From the NCBI GenBank assembly GCA_965178125.1, contig OZ237763.1, forward strand, positions 806,001 through 870,000: a DNA stretch of 64,000 nucleotides, written 5' to 3'. The position numbers and the translations under genes are program-made. Of the stretch, positions 21,488 to 31,940 are shown in pieces. Numbering within the stretch: position 1 is the stretch's first letter; each line of letters begins with the position of its first letter. Below the pieces are notes generated by a model that worked only from the letters and a program-made list of their open reading frames with translations, searched no databases and had not been told where the DNA came from. The DNA is from Bilabrum cf. latius. Lineage: Eukaryota.

Positions 21488-24400
21488 ATGGACGGGGACT
21501 TTGCCGGTAGTGGCCTCCAAGACCGCCACGGATCCCAGTACGCTGGCATGCAACAGCAAGGTGAAGACCAGGCTTGGGAGCGACACTACGACAAAGCATA
21601 GCGTCACTATTATTGGATTAATACTGTGACTGGTGACTCATAGTGGGAAGCTGCTCCGATGGAAGCGATGGTTGTGGTGGATCCACCAGCGAGCGAGGCT
21701 GCCGTGGTTTCACCAGCAGTCTCGTAGGTTGATAGTGGTACCGCCACCGACCATTCACGTCTAGTATAGGAAAGTACTGCAGAGAAGGCGATGGGTATGG
21801 TGGATCCACCAGCAAGCGAGGCTGCTGCGGCTTCATCGGTAGTCTCGTGCGTTGGCACTAGCGGAACGAGCTCATTGCGCTGGCAAGCAGTGTGGTCCAA
21901 GTCGAAGCAAAAAGTGTATTATTTTAATCGCGAGACTTAGAAAACGTCTTGGGAGCCTCCAGATGAACCGTTCGAGCCGCTGCCCGACAATACGGCTGCA
22001 CCTGGAGCCACCAGGTCAGCTGCCCTTCCTGCTGCAGTGGGCACGACTCCCAGCCGAGCGACTGCCACTGCCAGCGGCACCAAGAAGCTATATACTCCTC
22101 CGACAGGACAAGTCGCTGCAGGGGTGCACTCTGGCCCGACCGGAGCGGGGAGCCGCGAAACTCCCGGCCAAGGAGGTGCCGTTGCAGACTCACCTCACGC
22201 TGGATCTGCGGCAGGCACCCGCAGGGGCAGTGGTCCAGCGCCATCGCCGATAGACCCCCACCGCATGGCTGAACAGCTAGCAGACCGACTGCAGCAGCAG
22301 CGGGAGGAGCTGCAGCGTGCCTTCAGCGAGGAGAGGAGGAGAGCGGAGGAGGCAGCCCAGGCTGGGCTGGCCGAAATCAGGGAGGAGCTGGCGGCCGCGA
22401 GACAGGCGGCCGCAGAGGCAGCGGGGCAGGCGGCAGAGGCAGCACAGAGGGAGCGGGCGAGAGCCGACGCGGAGATCGAGCGGGCGGCGAGGGCGGGGGA
22501 GCAGGCGGCTGCGGCCAGGGAGCAGGCGGCTGCAGCGGCGGCTCGGTTGGAGGCGCAGGACTAGGCGCATGAGCGGGTGCAGAGGGAGAGACAGGATGGG
22601 GCTGCCGCGCTGCGTGAGGTGCAGCAGCTGGCTGACTAGAGGTAGACTGCCCTGGAGGGGGCTCGGAGGCACGTGGAGAGGGCAGCGTGGGGGGCATCGG
22701 CCGCGACGGGCGAGCTGAGGGCGGCGGTTCGTGCCGCCCGCAGCGTGCCTGCCGCTGGCAGTGGCACAGGGAGTGGGGAGCAGGACGGCAGGGCCGGTGA
22801 GGAGAAGGCCACTGGGCACGGGGAGGGAGAGGGGAAGCAGGACGAGGGCGTAGACAAAGACAAAGACGAGGCAGGGGGCGGTGAAGGGGCTGGGCTCGCA
22901 TCGGCAGCCCAGCTTCTGGAGCGCCGTGTGGAGTCTCTGGGGAAGCAGGCTGTGGAAGTGCAGGAAGCAGCAGCGGCTGCTGCAGCGAGGGCCCGACATG
23001 CCATTGACGCGGCCCGATAGGCAGAATCCAGTGCAAAGGAGGCCTCGGCCAGACTGGTGCAGGAGGAGGAGGCGAGGGCGGCGGCGGAGGGGCGAGCCGA
23101 GCAGGCAGCCAGGGAGGCACGGGAGGTTCGATAGGCGCTGCAGGCCGCCGAAGAGGCCCACAGAGCTGCTGCAGATAAGTTGAAGGCTAAATCTGAGGCA
23201 GATGCAGCGGCGAAGGTATAGGTAGCGCAAGGCTCCCACGACAGTCGCCCCCTTCCCCCTGGCCCACCCATTGGAAGCGACGAACTTCGCCGCGCGCGGG
23301 AGGAGGGCAGGAGGGAGGGTGCGGCCGAGGTGGAGGCCAGGCTGAGTGCCAGGGTGGAGGAGGCGCGGCGGGAGGCCACGGAGGAGGCGGCATCACTCAA
23401 GGCCTAGACATAGGCCAAGGCCTAGGCATCTGCGGATGCAGCCAGGCAGGGTCTTTAGGAGGAGGTGCGATCGCTGCGGGCCAGGCTGGACGAGGCAGAG
23501 GCAGAGGCCACCAGGGCGCAGGAGACCAGCGAGCGGCAGCAGCGCCGCGCAGAGGCCGCAGAGCAGAGGGCAGACTCGGCGCGGGAGGAGGCCGAGAAGG
23601 CACGAGAGGCTAAGACCAGCGCGTTGCAGGCCGCCGAGGCCGCCTACAGAGCGGAGCTGAAGCGTGCGCTGGATGAGGCCGCGGCTCGATTTCAAGAGCA
23701 GAAGCAGGCGGCAGTGGGCGCAGCAGAAGCCGCGGAGAGGCAGCGACTACAGGCGCGCGTGGCAGAGGTAGAGCAGGCCGCCGCTGCCCGCTGCCAGGCC
23801 GCGGCAGAGGAAGCCGCTGCCGCCGAGCGCAAGAAGGGTGAGGCACAGGCAGCGGCACTGCGCGCCGATGCAGAGAGCGCCCGGCAGCAGGCCCGGCGGG
23901 AGGCTACACTGCGGCGCGCGGCTCACAACAAGGTGCTGGAACTGCAGGGGAACATCCGGGTGTTCGCGCGCATTCGGCCCGTGCTGGAGGTGGATCGAAG
24001 GGCAGGCGAGGCTCAGGCACGAGATGTGACGAGCGTGCAGGACGACGGGAAGGTGGAGCTTCGGTTCAGCAAGCTGGAGGCGCTGGGGGATGGGGGGGCG
24101 GGAGCGGGGCTCGGTGTGTCTTCGGGAGCCGCCAGTGCCAGCGAAGAGAGGCATGCCTTCGCCTTTGACCGCGCCTTCGGAGCTGACAGCAGACAGGAGG
24201 AAGTCTGGGCGGAAGTGGCACCCATGGTGCAGTCGGTGGCGGACGGGTACAACGGCTGTATCTTCGCCTATGGGCAGACGGGCTCCGGGAAGACGCACAC
24301 GATGGAGGGAGATCTCGAGGACCCGGGAGTCAACCGAAGGGCGCTGCAGATGCTCGTGGATGTGGTGGTCAAAGAGGATCTGGGGGAGGTCGAGTAGGTG

Positions 24401-25273
24401 GACAAGGTTGCAGCGGACACCCCGAGGAGCGACAAGAGCGGGGGCAGCGCTGGTGCTTCGACGCCCACTTCTTTGCCCATCGTCAGGCCTCAGCTGCTGC
24501 TGAGCGTGCTGGAGATCCACAATGAGAAGGTGCGAGACCTACTGGCGCCAAGGGGCCGCAAGGGGGCGGATTCGCTGGACTTGCGGGCCTCAAGAGATGG
24601 GGGCGTGAGGGCAGAGGGACTGACTCACGTGCGGGTCAGGAGCCAGAAGGAGGCCCAGGCGCTGCTGCTTCAGGCGGGCAGGCACAGGAGCGTGGGTGGG
24701 CACGACATGAACGCGCACTCGAGCCGGTCCCACCTAGTGGTGACCGCCACGCTGACGGTGCCTCGGCCCGGCGGCAAGGTGACGAGCTCCCGGCTGCACC
24801 TGGTCGACCTCGCGGGGTCGGAGAGGGTGCGCAAGACGGGGGCTGGCGGGGCTCGGCTCAAGGAGGCTCAGCACATCAACAAGAGCCTAAGCGCGCTGGG
24901 GAATGTGGTGGAGGCGCTGGCCTCGAGGCAGAGAGCGGCGGGGAGCGGCGGGTCTGCCTCGGGCGGGGGCGGGCACGTGCCGTTCCGGAACAGCAAGCTG
25001 ACGCACCTTCTGCAAGGGGCCCTCTCGGGGAACAGCAAGGTGCTCATGTTCGTGAACGCGTCGCCCAGCCTGTACAACGCGTCCGAGACGCTCTCGTCCC
25101 TCAAATTCGCGCTGCGGTGCAGGGCAGTCAGGCTTGGGGTGGCCCGGCGAGGTGTGCAGGACAAGTGGCAGGCAGAGGCCGAGATGCTGAGGAGGAGGGT
25201 GCGGGAGCTGGAGAGGCAGCTGGCGGCGGCTGGGGATGGGGCTGGGGCTGGGGCTAGGACGGGCGGGACTTGA
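21488..25273 (+). CDS. Kinesin-14 (C-terminal motor) with two N-terminal WW domains and a long coiled coil, ~1,260 aa
   Basis: Neck HNKVLELQGNIRVFARIRP, P-loop AYGQTGSGKT, NAHSSRSH, LVDLAGSER, HVPFRNSKLT. WW1 is WERHYDKA*RHYYWINTVTGDS*WE and WW2 is WQAVWSKSKQKVYYFNRET*KTSWEPP. One frame with 16 TAGs; ends TGA. Confidence 0.9.
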
Positions 25274-25400
25274 GCAAACAGCAGTGCATGCCCCACTTGA
25301 TACCCTGGATCCAGTGCATGATGATTCAAGCACGATCGGACTGGATACTGTCACATTTTATTACTCGAGATTTAAATCTAGAATCTTGATCCAGCTCAAG

Positions 25401-28400
25401 TCACGACCTCGCCCCTGACGAAGGCGCTTCCCCCCTGCCCCGTCTCTCCTGCTACACCGCGCGCAGGTGCCTGCCCAGCCCCGCCGCAGCATCCACGACC
25501 GGCCCATCCCTGGCCAATGAGCCGCCCATGGACTCGCCGGGCCTGCCCTATGGCGGCGGCCTGCCCTCCTCCCCAAGCACCCTCCGCTGGAGCTCTGCCA
25601 CGAAGAGAGCTCTGTCCTGCGGCTCCACGAAGGGAAGCATGGCCGCAGCAAGGGCGGGGCGGGGGGACAGAGCAGCTGCCGCGGTCTGCCAGAGGGCCTG
25701 CTGGGCTCCGTCCACAGCCTGGGGCCCCGCCCCCTCTGCGATCAACTGGTTCAGCCGGCGGGCAGCTGCTTCGACCCCCCTTGCCTGCGGGCTGGCCTCA
25801 CCAAAGGTCTGGCGTAGAGCACGCCAGAAGGTCACGGCATCCGTTGGAGTCAGCTGGGTCTGCTCGGCCGACTCTTGCTGCAAGCGAGCCATGCGGGCCT
25901 CTGCACGGGTGGGCCTGCGCGGGTGCGGCGGGTGGTGATGATGGTGGTGGCTCTACCCCTTCGCATCTGCCTGCTTGCCCTGCTGCCCCGCCGCCCCGCT
26001 CGCCCTGCCCAGCGGCCCCATCACCGGTGCGGGCTCCTCAGCAGTGGGAGCCAGCGCCAGTGCTTGAGCCACCACGGCTTCTGCTTGCCGGTCCGCTGCT
26101 TTGAGCACCGCAGCGCGATACCTCTCGGGGTCCTCGCCCTCAGGTGGCACGGCAGGGCCCAGTCTATCCCTGCCCCCGCTGCTGCTGGCCTTGCCACTGG
26201 ACGCACCGGCCCCAGTCCTGCCCGAGGCCCCGCTCCGCGCACGGGGATACGTGTGCTGGGCTGAGCCCGCCCCGGATGAGGCTCGAGAGGATGCCTGTTT
26301 CTGCACCGATCCAGCCGACTTGCCCCCTGCCAGCGCCACAGTGAACGGATCTGCAGCGGGTCCCTCGGCCCCCTTCACCGGCCGGCTGAACGCGATCACC
26401 CCCGCATCCGTCTCAGTCACCTTCCTGAGCTCCTCCAGCGCGCCCCACTAGCCCACGATGCCCCGCAGCAGCGCGGCCCTCTCTTGGACCCCTTTGCTGC
26501 CCGTGCTCCTTGCGGCCTTCTCCAGGGTATCCACGGGATCAACCGCCACTCGCACGGCGGGAGGCATGGCCGGGTAGGTCCCTGCCTTGGTGCCCATGGC
26601 CTGCCTGGCCACGCGCCGCCAGAACTCCTGCTCCCGCGCAGAGTTGCGCCCGTCCCCAACCCTTGGAGGCGGTGCTGCCAGCCCGGGCCCGTCGTGCGTC
26701 GCTGCATCCGTTCCATTGGCAGCAGGCAGCCCCGCTGGTATGGGCCAGGGCTCTCCTCCCGCACGAGCAGGCAGCAGCAGCCCAGTGCCACTCCCCGGCG
26801 GGGCACAGCCTTCCTCCACGAAGACCCCAGTGGAGGCCAGCCCGCGCCTGAGCTGCTCCTTGGCCTGCTCTGGAGACAGCCCATTCAGCTCCAGTTCAAG
26901 GTCTTGCTGAGGCTCCTCCTCCTCCTGCTCCTGACCCCCGCTACCCTCGCCCCCTTCCTCCTCCTCCGCATCGGCCACAGGGTCCGCTGCTCCCTCAGGT
27001 GGGGCAGGCACCACGGAGGCCAGCGCTGCCATGAGAGCAGAGGACCCGCGGGACTGACCCTCCTGCCCATCCTCCTCCATGAGCTCCTGACCCGCCCGCA
27101 GCACCTTGCGGCTGCCTGCCTTGCCTCCGCCCCTGCCCCTGCTCCTGCTCTTGCCCCCATCGCGGCCCGCCAAGACGCCCCGCCTTCGAAGCGCCCGACC
27201 GGCCTCCGCGTGAAATCGGAAGGATTCGGAGCCGTTGTGCGCCCCGCCCTGCATCTGTAGCGGGGGCGGGCAGCAGTCGAGGCACGTCCAGAACGGCTGC
27301 ATCCTAGCCAGCTCGAAGCGCACGTAGGACCTGCGAGTGCGGTACGTCTCCACATCCACGCGGAAGCAGCGCCCGCACACAGACCTCCTGCACGCGCTGA
27401 CAGAGCACCAGAGCAGCGCCCCTGTCTCGAACACGTCCAGGCACAGCGAGCACAGCGCCTGTCCCCGGCCCACGAACCAGGCCCCTGGCACCTTGCTGCT
27501 CAGCGACTGCATCGCAACTGCAGCGGCACCCTGCGCGCGAGCGGCGCGGGTGGCGGCACGTGCGCTGCGCCTGCGGCCCGGGCCTACGTGCATCTCCCCC
27601 GCGGCTGCCTCTGCATCCGCCTCGATGCGGGCCGTCTCGGCCTCTGCTCGCGCTCTCGCCGCTAGCTCCGTGGCCTCTCTGGCGGCCTGGTCCACTGGGC
27701 CCAGCCGCTGCTGCCTCCACCTCTTGCGCGCGTAGAAGAGGTGCACCACGTCCGTAGTGGGGCGGCCCAGCAGCGCAGCGACACGGTGAAACTCCTTGCC
27801 GTACTGTGTGACGAGCACTGCGAAGAGGTCGAGCTCGCCTTGCGACCATGGCCTGGGGGCGGGGCCCTCCCCCTCGTCCTCCTAGGGGTCCAGGGGGACA
27901 CCCCCGCGCTCGGGGTGGGGGCGGCGGTCAGCGCCCGGGGACCGCAGGGAGGCGGGCACGGCCGGGTCAGGCAGCCACGTGGCCTGGTACTCCCGCCCCA
28001 CCCTCGTGCGGCGGTACTTGTCCTCGTCCTCGCCAGCCGCTCGCATGCGCAGCTGCTGGGACGTGTCCGCGGCCGAGCCGGCTGGTGCTGCGGCTGGGGC
28101 TGGAGCTGCGGCTGGGGCTGGAGCTGGGGCTGGTGCTGGTGATGGTGCTGGTGCTTGGGTGGTTGCAGCTGTGCCAGGGTCTGCTGCATCCGGTCCGGCC
28201 TGATCGTCGCTAGCCATGGGGGCAGAGGAGGCAGAGGCAGCAGACTCTGCGTGACCTGGCGCGGGGTCGCCCTCTCCGTCCTCCATGGCAGCCTGTGCAG
28301 ATGGCATCTCACCCTCCCCCTCCTTGCCCTCGTTCGCTGGACCATCTGAACCATCCTCCTTGCCCCCGTTCGCTGGACCATCTGAACCATCCTCCTTGCC

Positions 28401-29639
28401 CTCGCCCCCACTATCCTCACCGCTTGAGTCCTCCAGCAAATCCCGGAGCATGGGCTCCACGTGATCCCGGAGCCCAGGCACCCTCAGCAGCCCCTCTGCC
28501 TGACTCGCCCACCCCGTCACGTTGTCAGTGACAGGGGGCAGCGGGACCGCCAGCACGTCCGACTGGCGCCCCGCCACAGCCTGGGTGAGGGCAGCAGCGG
28601 CTCGCAGGTGCGTGTGGTCCGCCGAAGCCATGATGCGGGCTGCGTCCTCCTCGGGGATGGGCCGCACGCTGAGCAGCCTGGGCTCGATGGTCCCAGCGCA
28701 GCCCACCGACGGCAGCTCGGGTAGGCTCGGGGGCACCACCGGGGGCTCGCTCTCATCTGGTGGGGGATCCTCAGAGCGAAATTCTTGCGGGACGTCTTCA
28801 GCTAGCAACGCCTGTAGGGGCACAAGAGCCCGGCGGTGGCGCCGTGGCAGCACCACGGTGCCCTGAGGCCCGGTAAAGAATCCGACAGCGGCAGCGCCAG
28901 CCAAGTGCGGCATCTTGCTTTCGCTGTCATCGCTACCGCTGGCCGTGGCTTTGCTCCCATGTGTGTTGGGTTTGGCTGCAGGCGTGACCACGGCAAGCTT
29001 CACAGGTCCGACAACTGTCGATAGCGGGATGCAATCTCGTTCGTACGACAGAACGACGCTAGTTCGCGCTCGCTGCTTCTTAGCAGATCCATTCTTGCCA
29101 GCTCCTGATTTCTGATCTTTGGCAGGGAGCGCTAGAATTTCTGTCGCCTCGTCGGTTGCTTTACCCTCTAGGTCAACGAGCGTCTGCTCCGCCTCGAGCA
29201 CCGCCCGGACAAAATCTGCTGCCTCCCCGGACACCTTATTTCCCAGCGATGCGGAATACGCGGATGCCGACTCTTGCTGCGATTTTGGCTACAATAGACC
29301 TCCGCGAACAGCTGAATGTGCCTGTACTGCAAGAATCCCGAGCGCTTCCTCAGTAGTAGGAAGCCATCGGACCTTGGCTGCCATGACTTCCCCGCGTTGC
29401 ACAAGGGATTCAATGAGCGCAAATGAGGTCGGTCGTTTGCTTCCTTCGCTTGATTGGGTTCGAACGCTCGCTGCAACGGCTCCATCGGGGCCAGGCACGC
29501 CGCCCTTGCTATCGATCCTGCGGACCTCGATGGCATCCCCGACCGCTATCAACGTAGACCCAGCTTGAGCTGCCCAATACTCGATCTCACTGCGGCGGCC
29601 TCTTGCTAGTCGAACCTCCCCTGCCCATTCAAACGCCAT
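25401..29639 (-). CDS. Chromatin protein with BAH-like, ELM2-like, SANT/Myb and PHD/ADD-like zinc finger regions
   Basis: IAVGDAIEV..FALIESL..AKVRWL (BAH-like), TRVGREYQA (ELM2-like), WSQGELDLFAVLVTQYGKEFHRVA (SANT), CSLC..LLWC..C..VCGRC..WTCLDC. TAGs at 29289, 27882, 26448, 25953, 25548 and 25452; TGA 25401. The start is uncertain because the frame is also open to ATG 29849. Confidence 0.7.
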
Positions 29640-29958
29640 CCTGGTGTCCCACTACTCGCTTTGCACGAGCCCACACCCGCCTGGTGCTAGTGTGTAGTTG
29701 TGCGGCTGACCGATTGAGTCGGGCTCTAGTTGCCTAGCGTTACCTCTGCAAAAGCGCTACAAGTAGTTCAAGCAGCAACGGCTCGACAGACACCCCTGGG
29801 AAACCCCCGTCCCTCCCAAGCTTTCAAGGTGCTGTGCACCTTTCCTCATCCAGTCACCTCGTTCCCTCGGTTGTAACCATTATTCGAAGATGAAGATTAA
29901 TCATGTCCTTCATCACCCCAAAGTGAGCCCCTATCCCAAACGAATCTGGACAGATCTG

Positions 29959-31884
29959 ATGGACGCATTGGCTTTTGCAGGGCTGAGTGGGGCTGCGGCG
30001 TTCTTCCTCCAAAAATTGCACGCATACAGACTCCGTCGGTCTGCTCGACGAAATGGATCGATCGGAGCAGTTTCAAGCAACGAAGTCTTAGTGCATGCGG
30101 TTGAAGAAGGAAGGCTGCCGCACACCGTGCTTTTGTCGTGCAAGCTACTTGTGACGATGCCGTCACATCGCTATGCGATTGCGGCATGTAGCGGCTCCAC
30201 GGATGGACCAGAACCCTTGTCTACAACCACGGGAGCCGCCGCCAACCGATTTGGCGACACGCATATCGACGATTTGGAGCTTTGGAAAAAATTGAAGGTC
30301 CACCGTGTCCCATTTGTTGAACTGGATTGGCGTAGTGCTGCTGAGCTGACGAGAAGGGGTGAATTGGATTGGGCTGGAGTGCGCCAGGCCATGGTTCGAA
30401 GCACTTGGGACTACTCAGAATCGCCGGAGGTTTCGCAACAGTTTACAGCTTTCTTGCGCGAGTTGGAAACAGGACATGCTGTTACTGTTGCTAATTCTTC
30501 CGCTCTTGTGGACTGGAATTGCGACAAATCCAAGTACATTCCAGCACTAGCAGCAGCCGGGGTTCGAACGGTGCCAGTGCTGCCGCTTCGACCCACGTCA
30601 GCGGCTACGAAAAGTATAGAGGCAGGGTTCTCCCCTGCTGAGCGGCGAGTGAGCAGTCTGATCCAGTCCAATGAGAGGCTTACCAAGCGCGGTGTCGTGG
30701 TGAAGCCAGCGATTGGGGGGGGCTCCAGGGGGGTGGTGTTGGTGCGCCGCGAGGATGGAGGTACCGTGACACTGGCAGAAAAGAGCAGCCTGGGGCCCGA
30801 GGGCTCCGGCAGTCTGGATGGGGATGCGCTGAGCCATGCCGATGCCCTTGCCGCGCTCTCTGGAGGTGCCACCCCCTTGCCCGAGGAAGAGGCCCGCTGG
30901 CCAGAGGAGGCGAGGGCGTGCCCTCGGCTGGATCGGAGGGAGGCCTGTGGGGAGGCAGCGGGGGATGAGGAAGAGCCCGAGGCAGGGGTAGCAGTGCCCC
31001 CCTCGGTGTGGGTCTGGCTTGCTGGCAGCAGTGGGGACGAGGCTACGATAGGTGCTGGTGCTGGTGCTGGTGCTGGTGCTGGTGCTGGTGCTGGTGCTGG
31101 TGCTGGTGCTGGTGCTGGTGCTGGTGCTGGTGCTGGTGCTGGTGCTGGTGCTGGTGCTGGTGCTGGTGCTGGTGCTGGTGCTGGTGCTGGTGCTGGTGCT
31201 GGTGCTGGTGCTGGTGCTGGTGCTGGTGCTGGTGCTGGTGCTGGTGTAGGCGGAGGGTACGTCGTCCCGAGACTGTCCTCGCAGGTGGTGCGCATATCGA
31301 TCGGCGATTGGAGCGGGCAGTGGTCAGGTCGCACTGAGACTCTACTCGTCAGTCCGCTCTGGCCGACAGTGGCCACTCACGGCGAGCGCACGGTTATCTT
31401 GGTCATGGACGATGTGCTCTGGCTCGCCCAACCCATCGGCGATCCGGCGTACCGGGTAACCCACAGTTTTGCCAAGCTGCCTGGCTCTCGAGAGGACGTG
31501 CGGGTGCAGGCGGAATTTGGGGGCTTCGAGCGGCCCTACCCAGTGGACCCCGAGGAGGAGCGGCTGGCTAGGCTGGCTGTCTCGGTGGCGGCCAGAGCTG
31601 CGGCTGCAGGTCGAGGCAGGCCCAGGCCGGAATGGCCCTGGTTCGCCCGCGTGGACATGCTTGTGGACCCTGACAGCGAGGAGGGGCTGCCGGCTATCCT
31701 GGAGCTGGAGCTCATCGAGCCATCTCTCTTCTTTGGGCTGCAGGGAACTCGGGCGGTTGAGGAGTGCAGTGGCAATGTGACCGGAGCGGCGGAGGGGCGG
31801 CGGGATGGCGCCACTGGGGGGAAGCAAACAGTCGAGGCTCTATCGAATCTATTGTGTAGGCTCGCCGTGCCGTGTCCGGTGTGA
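29959..31884 (+). CDS. ATP-grasp ligase of the RimK/GshB-like, DcsG-related type, with an internal (Gly-Ala)32 insert
   Basis: RSTWDY, WNCDKSKY, VVKPAIGGGS, DVRVQAEFGG, FARVD and ELELIEPSLF motifs; ends TGA. Alternative upstream ATG at 29890. Confidence 0.8.
   Translation: MDALAFAGLSGAAAFFLQKLHAYRLRRSARRNGSIGAVSSNEVLVHAVEEGRLPHTVLLSCKLLVTMPSHRYAIAACSGSTDGPEPLSTTTGAAANRFGDTHIDDLELWKKLKVHRVPFVELDWRSAAELTRRGELDWAGVRQAMVRSTWDYSESPEVSQQFTAFLRELETGHAVTVANSSALVDWNCDKSKYIPALAAAGVRTVPVLPLRPTSAATKSIEAGFSPAERRVSSLIQSNERLTKRGVVVKPAIGGGSRGVVLVRREDGGTVTLAEKSSLGPEGSGSLDGDALSHADALAALSGGATPLPEEEARWPEEARACPRLDRREACGEAAGDEEEPEAGVAVPPSVWVWLAGSSGDEATIGAGAGAGAGAGAGAGAGAGAGAGAGAGAGAGAGAGAGAGAGAGAGAGAGAGAGAGAGAGAGAGAGVGGGYVVPRLSSQVVRISIGDWSGQWSGRTETLLVSPLWPTVATHGERTVILVMDDVLWLAQPIGDPAYRVTHSFAKLPGSREDVRVQAEFGGFERPYPVDPEEERLARLAVSVAARAAAAGRGRPRPEWPWFARVDMLVDPDSEEGLPAILELELIEPSLFFGLQGTRAVEECSGNVTGAAEGRRDGATGGKQTVEALSNLLCRLAVPCPV
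31051..31242 (+). repeat. Perfect (GGTGCT)32 coding microsatellite
   Basis: 192 bp of uninterrupted GGTGCT in the ATP-grasp reading frame. Confidence 0.98.
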
Positions 31885-31940
31885 ACAAAAGCAACAAATG
31901 CAGGTGTGCATCATGATCCTATCAATTTGCAGCATTGTAC

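Noticed and set aside
30411-31376. ORFs with (PA)n, (WC)n and (LV)n runs
   Set aside because: They are alternative frames of the (GGTGCT)32 microsatellite inside the ATP-grasp gene.
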